Counted from the stretch's first letter, positions 52,128 to 63,511 are shown. The stretch is 64,000 nt of DNA from Catajapyx aquilonaris (GCA_000934665.2 KZ538215.1:1-64000); one strand, 5' to 3'. Program-made: numbers and translations. Notes: generated by a model from the sequence alone, not told the origin.

Positions 52128-54165
52128 ATGGAGGCGGATAGACGAGGGCATACCAGCAACGGGAACGATCTCGGGTGTGTGGGGCCTCCTCCGCAGGTAG
52201 GAGACTGCCCCACAAGGAACACTGGTCAAGGGGCCATACCGAAGAGGACAGAGGCCACAAACCATCAGAGCATACCGAAGAGGGCAGAGGCCGCAAACCA
52301 TCAGAGGGTGACACTGAATAAGAACACGGGGCCTGCCACGTATTTTTTTACTGGCCCGATGGCCAACAGCCACGCCGATGGGGCGGAATCACAGAGGCCA
52401 GGCTCTAAGCAAAAGGCAACTTGTCCACAACGGAAATCAGAACCAGTACCAAGACAACTGGCAATGAGTGCACCAGAAAGGGCTCTGGTATCAGCTCCAG
52501 ATGTGGCCACGTGTGAACCAGAAGTGTGGACACCACAGAGGACAGCATTCATGCCAGAAAGGTTGACAATGGCGGTGCCACAAAGGGTGTCCGTGCCAGA
52601 CAAATCAGGATACTTGGTCCCAAACAGATTGACAATGGCGTCACAAAGATGCAGCATCCCAGAAGCAACTGGCTTGGCAACATCAGCACCTGTGGAGAAG
52701 ATGGCAGTGGCAACTGCAGTTTCAGAGGATGGGGACCTGGCTGAGAAAGTTAGAACCACATTACTTGGCACATGGAACAACATGAAATATAGTAAGTATT
52801 GAAGTAAGACGTGGTAATGATTCATTATCCAACTATGTAAAAGGCCTAAGTTATGATGCAAGTTGTATAATGCACAGTTACCCTTCCAGGTCTAACGTCC
52901 AAGTTACGCACCAACTTCTCCAAGAGCATGCCCGTGTGGCTACTTGGCGAGCTGTACCAGCACCCATATGGCGGTCAAGATGAAGAGGACCCAGATAACG
53001 ATTCTGTCCGTGCCTGGATTGAAGCCTTCAAATTAGACTTCGCCACCAGACTGTGGCTCACTTATCGGAAGGAATTCCCAGTTCTGATGGGTCGGGACTC
53101 GACCCAGTACATTACAGACTGTGGATGGGGTTGTATGCTTCGGAGTGGACAGATGATGCTGGCCCAGGCTCTCGTCTGCCACCTACTAGGCCGTCACTGG
53201 AGATGGAAGGAAGGGGGGCAAGGGCCAGAGGAAAGAAGGCACCGACAGATAGTGAGATGGTTTGCAGATGACCCCAGTCCAGCCTGCCCTTTCTCACTCC
53301 ACCAATTAGTGGCAATGGGAGAGGAGACTGGGAAGAAAGCGGGGGATTGGTATGGACCAGCATCAGTGGCACATCTGATGAGGCAAGCCATGGAGAAGGC
53401 ATCACAGGAGCAAGTGGCACTCAGGGACATTTGCATCTATGTTGCACAGGACTGCACTGGTAAAAGGATTCTGTCAAAAGAGTTGACTGGTTTTTAATGT
53501 AGCTCTCTGTTTCAGTGTACCTGGGTGATGTTGCAGACTTGTGCGAAAAGCGTCCTGAAGGCTTACAAGAAAGTGGTGAAAGTATTGGATGGAAGTCTGT
53601 GATTATTTTCATTCCTGTACGCCTGGGAATGGGAAAACTGAACCCGGAGTACTCCAAGGCCATCATGAACCTCCTGGTGCTTAAAGAGTGCCTAGGGATA
53701 ATTGGGGGAAAGCCTAAGCATTCACTCTACTTTGTTGGATATCAAGGTATTAATGAGCATGGATTTTTCTGTCTTATAGTCTCGATGGCTTTTTCTTCAA
53801 CTGGTATATTGTCCTTTACCTCAGACAAGAAGCTGATCCATCTAGACCCACACTACTGCCATGAAGTGGTGCAGACAGACCAGTCTGACTTCCCTCTGAG
53901 CAGTTTCCACTGTCGTTCCCCGAGGAAGTTGGACATCCATAAGATGGATCCATCCTGCTGCATTGGTTTCTACTGCAGGACTAGGAGTGATCTGAATGGC
54001 CTCGTGGACTACATACTGAATCAAAGAGAAGAGTGCCCCCTGTTTGCTTTCGACTTTGGGCACAACCTGTATTTGTATAGTCAACCAGAAGAGAGAGAAG
54101 AGACTGTCTCCAACACTGCCAATGACAGCGATTACGAGTCTGAAGAGTTTGTGATTTTACAGTGA
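52128..54165 (+). CDS. ATG4: cysteine protease ATG4 (ATG4C/D-like)
   Basis: Exons 52128-52791, 52890-53459, 53516-53746 and 53825-54165. WNNMKY, WLTYR.EF, catalytic TDCGWGCMLRSGQMMLAQAL, GKKAGDWYGP, GIIGGKPKHSLYF.GYQ, IHLDPHYC, KMDPSC and C-terminal LIR EEFVIL. The start of the low-complexity N-terminal extension is less certain. Confidence 0.93.
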
Positions 54166-54933
54166 TGTGAACTTAGGGGGACATTATTTTGTGCATGATT
54201 CTAAAACCGCATTTATTATTTGTTCCAGTGTACCTGGAACTGAGGATTTTAAAAGAGTATTTTTGTTGTTTTCAGCTCCTGACCTGTTGATTCCTATCCC
54301 TTATAATTTACTGGGTGAAACAAGAATAAGCTCATAAAATCTCCCAAACATTCACTTCCACTTTCCTGTTCCTGCAAGTGCAGCAAAGAGGTATATCTTT
54401 TGGAACTGACATTATTTCACACACAACACTCTGGATTTCCTAAGTCATGTGGGCAGCCCTGCGCCAACAATGTACAAGCAAGGGTTACAGAAAGCAAACA
54501 CACAATGCACAAAATCATTTGCGCTAATCTTGCAATTAGAGAACCAACATGACTCACGAAACCTGGAAAACTCCTATCAATGCAGATGTGATCTAACCTA
54601 CGAGTATATTCAGTGCAATAAACAGCCTGTTGGGAAGCTGCTTATGTGGTGGGCTTTACAATGGTACACTTGGAAGGTTACATGGGTGAGCATCCGCAAA
54701 ATGTTACAAACATTGATCTGAGCCTACTTTTGTTTCACCCTGTATTACCTACTCTGGTGCTGTGAAGGGATGAAAGAATATTGAGGTTTGATGTTATCCC
54801 ATTTGAAGAATTAAATCATAATTGGATTAATATTCTTTGCTTTCTTAGTGTTCGATGTATGTCAAAACTGATCATTTGGCATACTCATTTGAAAATCCTG
54901 AACTTTGAAAGGTGTGGATTTTTTTCTGTTAAT

Positions 54934-55098
54934 CTGCCGTCAGATGTAAGAAGACCGTAACTCAAAAACTAGTAAGGGTGAAAGTCACCTGCATGCCCTG
55001 CACTAATCCCATCTGAGTCATGGGGGATTAGTGCAGGGCATGCATGCGACTTTCACCCTTACTAGTTCTGAAGTTAGTCTTCCTACATGTGACGGCAG
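54934..55098. mobile_element. fold-back MITE, family B copy 2
   Basis: TAAT|CTGCCGTC...GACGGCAG|TAAT (4-bp TSD); whole-element palindrome homologous to 28388-28557. Confidence 0.88.
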
Positions 55099-55438
55099 TA
55101 ATGAGAGGCATTTGCAAGAAGTAACGATATAATTATGAATGTGTGGTTTTAATTTCAGGCAATTTCAGAAATAATATGTTTATTTGCTCCATAATAATAA
55201 ATGGCTTGTCTTAATTTCCAACATTAGCTAACGAAATTACCAGCTCAATGTATTTTTGTAACCCCCCCCCCCCCCCCCCCCCNCTGTCTTAAATCTAGCG
55301 GTAAAACTACTCAACCACGCCACACCGACTGCAGCGCCAAATGCGTTCCATTGGCACCACTGGAATCACGTCATTGCCGAACCGCTATTTAAGTAGCGGC
55401 GACTAGGAGCCTCTACTTCCAGTCAGTCGCAGTCACTT

Positions 55439-55722
55439 ATTCAATCATTCATACCCCGTTATCAGCCTTTTTCGGCTCTTTAGGGGGGAAATTTTCTTTT
55501 GCCTGGAACTCTTTGCTTTCATTTTACTGCACTTTTTGGGATGAGATAGGGACGGAAGGAAGCGGCTGTGGCCTGTTAATTACGGAAACAACTCCGGAAT
55601 TTCCCTGGAAGGACCGTGGGAAACCACAGAAAACCGCCGTCAGAGTTTCCGGCCCCGGGATTCGAACCCAGGACCTCCCGATTAGCAGTCGGAGGCCTTA
55701 TCCACTATGCCAAACTGCTTCG
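55439..55722 (-). mobile_element. full-length tRNA-derived SINE with ~17-bp TSD
   Basis: Minus-strand head TGGCATAGTGGATAAGG...GGGTTCGAATCCC and (TGAA/TGAT)-like tail; GTCAGTCGCAGTCACTT is duplicated at 55422-55438 and 55723-55739. Confidence 0.9.
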
Positions 55723-55930
55723 GTCAGTCGCAGTCACTTGGACCTATAGAAGCAGCGAGATGAGAACGCGACGCGAAATGTGTCCCCCTCCACCATTGGC
55801 AACCCTGCTCCTCATATGACTCGGTCTCTGCCTTGCCTGCTAGTGGATTCGGGGGCCCATCGTCGTCTATCGATCCCCAGTCCGCCCTTCCGTGTCGAGC
55901 CCGCCCCGTCGGAGGGAATCAGCCGAAGCC

Positions 55931-56811
55931 ATGGCCAGCAGCATAAGGGCCATCTTCTCATACACCCTGATCATTCTGGCCGTCTCCACCATCGTCATTT
56001 TCGGTAATTATAATATTGGCGACCCAAGCAGCACTGTGAATCACTCGTGGGTTGCCCGTGATGATCACGGGGCTGATTGTGTGGGGTAGTCCGCTTTGGG
56101 TATAGTGGAAAGTGTTCGATAAAAACAAACCAGTACGCACCCACTCGTATACATGTAACTTACAGTTCCCGGTGTGTTTTTCTAGCCACTTACTACACGC
56201 TGACTGGTAAGGGAGAGCGAGTGGACATTGGGTGGTTCCTGACCCAGACCTCGCCGTACATGTGGGGCGCCATTGGGGCTGGCCTCTCTGTGGCCATCTC
56301 TGTGGTGGGAGCAGCTATTGGGATCCACACCACGGGGGTGAGCATCATTGGCGGAGGAGTGAAGGCGCCACGCATCAAGACCAAGAACTTGATCTCGGTC
56401 ATCTTCTGTGAGGCTGTGGCCATCTATGGGCTGATTACTGCTATTGTGTTGTCTGGGTTGTTGGAAAACACCAATCTGTCCAAAGTGACGGATCCCAAGG
56501 TCATGGCCACCATCTGGGGGTCAGGGTACCTCATGTTTGGGGCAGGAATCACTGTTGGGTTTGTCAACTTGGTGTGCGGCATAGCTGTCGGGGTCGTTGG
56601 ATCTGGAGCCGCCCTGTCAGATGCAGCCAATGCGGCTCTCTTCGTCAAGATCCTCATCATTGAAATCTTTGGGAGTGCCATTGGGCTCTTTGGGCTCATT
56701 GTGGGCATTTATATGGTAAGCTACTTCATTACTTAATGATGAACCACGCTTATGTGTTTCTTTGATATTTTGCAGACAGCGAAGGTGACGCTAAGTGCAA
56801 AATCATCGTAA
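55931..56811 (+). CDS. ATP6V0B: V-type proton ATPase 21-kDa proteolipid subunit c'' (VhaPPA1-like)
   Basis: Exons 55931-56003, 56186-56715 and 56776-56811. [47 protein letters not shown] (essential Glu) and [23 protein letters not shown]. Confidence 0.96.
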
Positions 56812-57207
56812 GGAGGATCCTGCAGCCTCTAGATTTCCAGTACTTGATGGATTCCATGAATCATAGGTTGACCAATGTGATTCAGTGATACAGTGGAATG
56901 CGATGATTTCTGTTTAAAAATTAAAAGCCCCAATCACGTGCACTTGTACAGCATATTGGTGTTGAGTTAATGTTGTCATACCAATGTAAAATTACGTTCT
57001 TCCAATGAAGCTGTATGTAGTATTATGTTTCAATGTAGCAAGAAGAAAATAACAGTCATGTACAGTCTGTTAATGTATTTAATGTAAACCACACCATTGA
57101 GCTTGTAATTAAAGTACTTGTTACAACCATTTTCTGTGTTGCATGTGGCATGCCCCCCAATGTACTGTATGTCATGTAATCTGGGTAGTCACAAGTAGCA
57201 TACAGTA

Positions 57208-57486
57208 CAGTGTTGGACATTAATCGCGTCATACTTCTAGCGGCATTTTCTGATGCGGAAGACGTGCAAATCAAAGTGATAAGAGTGCGAGGCATGGAAG
57301 CAAGAAAGGGCAGGCTTTGGGTGATGTCACTGGCTGGGATCAAGCCTTTTTCTCCATTGCCCCCCGGCCAGTGACGTCATCCAAGGCCTACCTCTTCTGA
57401 TTCGCACCGCTTGCTCACTTCGATTGACACATTTGCCCAATTGAAAAGTGTCGCTAGCAGTATGACATAATTAATGTCCAACACTG
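57208..57486. mobile_element. fold-back MITE, family A copy 3
   Basis: TA|CAGTGTTGGACATTAAT...ATTAATGTCCAACACTG|TA; perfect 17-bp termini and TA TSD. Confidence 0.9.
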
Positions 57487-58310
57487 TACATGAGGCAAGA
57501 GTTCTATCAGTGACTAGACAAGTCATTACTAAATTCAGTAGAAAAAAAATATGCCTTTGAAATTAAGTCACCGGTCTATACATGCAAGTCTAAAAAATTA
57601 TTTGAATTTCAGGATCTTCTCAGCACAACTACAAGAACATGCCGTCATAAAAAATTTTGTTGATTAAACCAGTCCTACCTATAGCGAAAGCATCAACTTG
57701 AAATCCCACTAATGTTTATCTCTTTAGTGCCTAGGCTAGTGGATTTTTTTTTAAATCATGGTGTAGCGAAGTGAAAAAATTGCATGCCCTCTTTGCTTAT
57801 CATTAGAACCAAATGTGCTAAATACTGTTCTATATTTAGGATGAAAAGGTCCCTTTAGAGCCAATGTGCGCCCATATAAAACATGCATCAAGATTATTGC
57901 ATTGTTTCGTTATATTTACTACCGGTACTCTTGGTTGCATACCAATTTATGGCATCAAGAGCTAATAGCTCCTGATGGCATTTGCATTGTACTATTGACA
58001 AATGCTATTAAAGTTTATGGCTCTCAAAGACTTTATGATGGCCCCACAGTGTGCCAACTGGTCATATTTCTCAGCCTGCTTTCTAAACATGTCTGCTTCC
58101 TTCAGAAAAAGCACCACAGAATTATTGTCTTATCATCAAAACCTTACCACTGATAAATTGAAGAGATAAAAAAGGCGAACCAGGTTTGGCCAGGCTGGAC
58201 TGAGGCAGCGTGGTGGTGTAATCAGGTCAGTTGTCAGAGGCAGACTCGGGAGTTGGCAAAAGGCCTGCTGATTGCTGCTGTGCTGGTCACACCTATAGTA
58301 GTAGAGAAGG

Positions 58311-60907
58311 ATGGCACCAGCAATCTGGATGAGCACCATGGCCAGGAGGTCACCCATGCTGAAGGTAGTAATGAGGGTCTAATTCGCATTGGGTCATTGG
58401 GTTTAACCCTACCTTCTTCCCAACAGCTGCAACAATGTGCTTCAAGGTACAGCTACGCCAGGCGTTTTAGGTAGGTGCCACATCTTGTTGGGAGATACCG
58501 CATCTGACTTCAAATATAATTTGTCCCTGCTCAGCACCAGCGTAGATTCAGATGACTACCAGTTCCTGCAGCGCAGCAAGGTCCCAATGCTTCACTTCCA
58601 GCCGTCTCTCCCGCGCCTTCCAATCCCGGACTTGAACAAGACATGCCAACGCTACCTCAACTCACAGAAGCCACTATTGTCTCCAGATCAATTCAAAGAG
58701 ACCCAGAATCACGTCATTAAATTTCAGCAAGGCATTGGAAGAGGTACATTCCAGGCATGTCTTCGTAATGAATTGTCATCATGTTAGCCAATTTCCCTCT
58801 TTGTCAGACTTGCAGAAGAGGCTGCAGGACTGGGATGCTCGTAACAAGCACACCAGCTACATCTCTGCCCCTTGGTTTGACATGTACCTCAGGGACCGCC
58901 AACCCCTTCCCCTAAATTACAACCCCTACATGGTCTTCACCCCTGACCCTAAGCCGGGATACAACTCCCAGCTGACTCGGGCATCTAACTTCCTTGTTTC
59001 CTCTCTTCGCTTCATGCGGTCGCTACGTTCTAGAATGCTTGAACCAGAAGTGTTCCACTTGAATCCTGCCAAGAGTGATACGCCCACCTTTCGTACAGTC
59101 ACCCGACTCCTTCCATCCTCCATTTCCTGGTATGGTGCGTATATGTTCAACGCCTATCCACTGGATATGTCGCAGTATCCAGGACTCTTCAATGCTAACC
59201 GCATACCAGAGGTTTGTGTCTTTTAAAGTAGCAACGTTGACAAGACAAACCAACCAATACCAATGTGATTTACTGCAGGTGGGCAAAGATCGCCTGTTTC
59301 AAGACACTTCTGCACGACATATAGTTGTCAGCAGAAACGGGCATCTCTACACTTTTGACGTGCTTGACTCATCTGGCAACATTCTTCCACCTCGCACTCT
59401 GCACGCCTGCCTGTCAAAAATTCTGCTGGACGACGCTCCACCTGCTGCACATCCAATAGGTGCCATGACGTCCCAGGAGAGGGATACTTGGGCCCGAACC
59501 CGTACCCATCTTGCCACTCTAGGGAATGCAGACAATCTCCGCGCCATTGATTCCTCCATCTTGCACCTGTGTCTGGATGGGTCAGCAGGGGATGATGATG
59601 AGATCCTGGTACTGAGGACGTTCCTCCATGGTGATCCAGCAAACCGTTGGTTTGACAAGAGCTTCTCCCTGATTGTGTCCAGCGATGGATTTGCAGGGGC
59701 AAACTTTGAGCACTCCTGGGGTGATGGAGTGGCAATGTTGAGACTCATTAATGATGTCAGCTCGGACACCCTTGATCATCCCTTGTTGCATCCTGATACA
59801 CCCGTTTCCTCAAAAGATGATGTACCAATCAAGAGGCTAGGTTAGTGTTTTAACATGCACCTGTTACACCTCACAATCATCATTCGCATAAATCCATTCA
59901 ATTGCAAACAACTAACCTCACTTTTAGAAAACTTGTGTTGCAATATTGTTTCTTTTCGTTTTTTTTAAGACTTTGTGTTGGACCAGAGGGCAAAAGATGA
60001 TATTGATGAAGCACGGCGCCGGTTCCAGAAAGTGAGCGACTCCTTGCAACTGGACGTCTTGCAAATCCATGAGTATGGACGTGACTTTTGCCGGAAGCAC
60101 AAAATCAGCCCGGATGCCTACATGCAGATGGGCTACCAGGTCTGTCCCAACTGTCTGTCTCCCTGATGCAGCTGGCTCTCTCTGAATCATGGCTAACAAC
60201 TTGGTTCTGACAGATTGCCTACCATCGCCTTTGTGGAAAAACCACAGCCACTTATGAATCATGCAGCACTGCTGCCTTCAGACATGGACGCACTGAGACT
60301 ATTCGACCAGCCACTATGGCCACCAAGGAATTGTCTGAAGCTCTCAACCGGCAGAGTCGCCCCAGTCCTTCGGAGCTGCGATCCATGATACTAAATTGCT
60401 CAAAGTTACATGGCAAACTCACCAAGGAAGCCGCAATGGGTAATGGTGCTTTCATCAAGTGACACGTAACCATGTACAAAAGACTAAGACATTTACATGG
60501 CAGGCCAAGGTTTTGATCGCCACCTCTTTGGTTTGCGGAAGGAGGCAGAGAAGGGAGGGATTGAAATCCCAGGCTTGTACAAAGACCCTGCTTATGCTGC
60601 CATCAACTACAACATCCTATCGACATCAACGCTCAACAGCCCCCATGTGCATGGAGGTGGATTTGGGCCGGTAGTTCCAGATGGACTTGGAATTGCGTGA
60701 GTATTAGTGTCTGTTACAGTAATCCCTCTGTAACAATCCTAATCACACCGTACACACTTACTCAACAGCTACGTCATTCGTGATGACTCTCTTGGAGTAG
60801 CTGTGACAAGCTACCCTGCACACAACAATGGGCACCAATTTGTAGACAGCCTCGGACAAGTGTTCAAGGACCTGCACAGTGTGATGGAATTGTCATACAA
60901 ACCTTAA
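58311..60907 (+). CDS. CPT2: carnitine O-palmitoyltransferase 2, mitochondrial
   Basis: Exons 58311-58364, 58427-58470, 58535-58743, 58808-59211, 59279-59840, 59970-60139, 60214-60439, 60504-60696 and 60769-60907, phases consistent. [37 protein letters not shown], catalytic [48 protein letters not shown]. The exact start Met is uncertain (58311, 58329 or 58338). Confidence 0.95.
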
Positions 60908-61028
60908 GACACACAGTATTTAATATGTATTACAAAAAATGGGTGAAGGTTTTCCCGTAAGTTGCCAGGTTCTTCACAAATTACAATATTTTCCATCATG
61001 CATTTATCCTCATTCTTTATCACCCTCT

Positions 61029-63511
61029 TCACTTCTTCATGGCTGCAGCAGCAGCTGCGGCAGCTGCAGCGGCTGCAGCAGCGGGGTGAGCCATCATGGG
61101 AGGAGGCCTCATGGGTCCCATGGGCATTGGCATGGGCATCATGGGGCCCATGGGACCCATTGGTGGCCGAAGTCCTGGTGGGATAAGTCCTTGCATTAGC
61201 GCATAATAAAACACACTAGCTGGCAGATATGCATCATTTTGAATGCATCTGAAGCACGGAATAAGGGAAACTCACCCATCATGGGAGGGCCCATCCCAGG
61301 GGGACCCATGACCATGTGGCCAGGAGGTCCCATGTGGGGTGGTCCCATTGGTCGAGGAGGGCCTTGAGGCACCATTGTGGGCTGGGGACCTGGCTGTGGT
61401 GGGCGTGGGGGACCACCAAATATATCTGAAGATAATTCCACAACATGTCAAAGATGCACACTTGACCATGAATCAAATGCCCGCCTTTGTCTCCAACCAT
61501 ATTTACCTCCTTGGAGTGTGGGTGGTGGGGGAATGGTAGCTCCCTGCTTCTGGGCAAAAGGATTGGATGCAATCTTCCCTGCCTTGAATGCTGCTGTGGT
61601 AGCATCAATGAGACTCTGGGCCTGCTCCTCCATCCACTTCTGGTAGTAGTATTTCACATTCTCTTTGTGTTTACGCCCCTGGCAGTGGGTCTTGCGGACA
61701 GAAGGCTGGGAAGAGGAAGATACTTTAAGTGCGGTTGTTGAAGAGCACACAGCGTGGGATTTTATAAAGGCTAATGAAATACACGTATGGGATCACGTGA
61801 CGCTGATAAAGCAGCAGTAATTTAGCTTAAACAAGAGTATTTAATTCATAGCTACCGTGTCAGATATACGAGGGGTGTTCAAGTCATTCCCGGACTTTAT
61901 TTTTTAACAAATCACACACAAGTGACACAGGTGTCAAACTTTGGTCATTTCTCCACATTGTCCCCTACAACAGCACAACATTTTCCCCACCGATGTATAA
62001 GCACTTTTATCCCAGCAGCATAGAATGAGAGTTCCCCCCTCCTCAGCCACACCAGGACAGCTTCTTGCACTGTCTCATTCGTCTCGATGACAAATGCTGT
62101 TTTAAAGGCCCAAAAAGGTGGAAATCGCTGGGGGCAAGGTCGGGGCTGTATGGCAGGTGAGGAATAGTGGTCCAACTGAGTGTGCGAATTTTGTCCATGG
62201 TAATATGGACTATGTGGGGGCGGGCATTGTCGTGCAGTAGAAAAATGCCTCGCAGACACCTTAGAGACGTGAAGGTGTTCATGCAGAATAGTCTCAACAC
62301 TGCCACAACTGATTCCTGTCATCTGCACAAGCCCACGAACAGTTAACGCGACGGTTACTGAGGACTAAACCCTCCACATGCTTGATGTTCGCTGGCGTCA
62401 CCACACTCGGCGCCGACCCACCATGTCCTGTATCATCGAGCACATTTTTGCGGCCACCTTTGTATCGTGCAGCCCACTCATACACCACCGATCTGCTCAG
62501 GGTATCCTCCCCATACTGTCTCCTTAGTCTGGTGACAATGTCCGATGCTTTGATGCCTTCCGCTACCAGAAACTTAATGATAACGCCCTGTCCCACTACT
62601 GCGCTGACACCATCCGACTCCATCTTTTTTTTCTCTCTCACATGACTGTTTACGGAGACTGGCCCTTGACTGAACATAGAAGACAGTTGAAGGAAGGTGT
62701 GGTATAAGTTTGACACCTGTGTCACTTGTGTATGATTTGTTAAAAAATAAAGTCCGGGAATGACTTGAACACCCCTCGTACAATGTTCCAATTGAACTAC
62801 CCGTAGTGGCTAGAAATTTATGGCAATTAAGAGCTTTGTTTTTTGGCAGTCGTAATTGAATAGCTAATAATAATAAGTTGTGTGGACCCAGTAAGACACA
62901 AATGAGGAAAACCCAGCATATATGCAATGCAACGCCTATCCAGAAGCAGAGAAAACAATGGAAATAAGTGGCTTGCTGCCAAGTAAATTGCCTTGATGGG
63001 CAAAAATGTACTTGGAGCCACAAATTCAGGGTTCTAAAAGCATTCAGACTTGGAGGAAACTTGTTATTGCTCCTTAGGTGTAGTGCAGATGGCCTTACAC
63101 TCTCTGAGTGTGCACAAGAGCCTACACCGGAATAAACTAATCCGGAGTTAACACTGGTGCCACATCAGTGATGCATCAGCAGGTAAACAATGAGGCCTAG
63201 TAACTACGCTCCTCAAAGAACACAAACGGAGCTTTTGCTGCCCACTGGTCCAACGCTACTCCCTAGTTGTTGTTCCGTAACACCTCTGGAGTCTTCACGA
63301 CTGCTTTGTTATGCTCGACCACATGTAGGAGTGATCATCCACCCTCCTTTTCGTGCAACAGACAGATGGGCGAAGTAAGTGAATCCATTCTTACCGAGTC
63401 GTGCGTGAGGTAGGTATCACAGTAATCGCAGTAGTACCTGGAATGAGAGCAAATAGCCGTCAGTAAGACTAATCGGGGTACGCGGGTACGTGGGATAACT
63501 CACTTCGGCAT
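61029..63511 (-). CDS. SNRPC: U1 small nuclear ribonucleoprotein C
   Basis: Exons 63511-63504, 63437-63395, 61705-61507, 61425-61276 and 61174-61029. [51 protein letters not shown] (matrin-type zinc finger) followed by a Pro/Met/Gly-rich tail. Confidence 0.96.
61869..62778 (-). mobile_element. internally deleted mariner-like element in SNRPC intron 2
   Basis: TA TSD and ~73-bp TIRs starting CGAGGGGTGTTCAAGTCATTCCCGGAC. Transposase remnants: HTH region (IKFLVAEG...[14 protein letters not shown]), HDNARPH and [16 protein letters not shown]. Frameshifted and missing the WVP(H) and first catalytic Asp region. Confidence 0.93.

Noticed and set aside
52301..52861. 186-aa minus-strand ORF
   Set aside because: Antisense shadow of the ATG4 exon; the same applies to reverse ORFs over GTPBP6, ATP6V0B and CPT2.
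58157..58364. Alternative open frame through the CPT2 leader (IEEIKKANQVWPGW...)
   Set aside because: No ATG or fitting acceptor and no recognisable protein.
63040..63350. Intronic C/D snoRNA or scaRNA in SNRPC intron 2
   Set aside because: C box is imperfect and I could not match an antisense element to rRNA or snRNA; an Rfam search would be needed.
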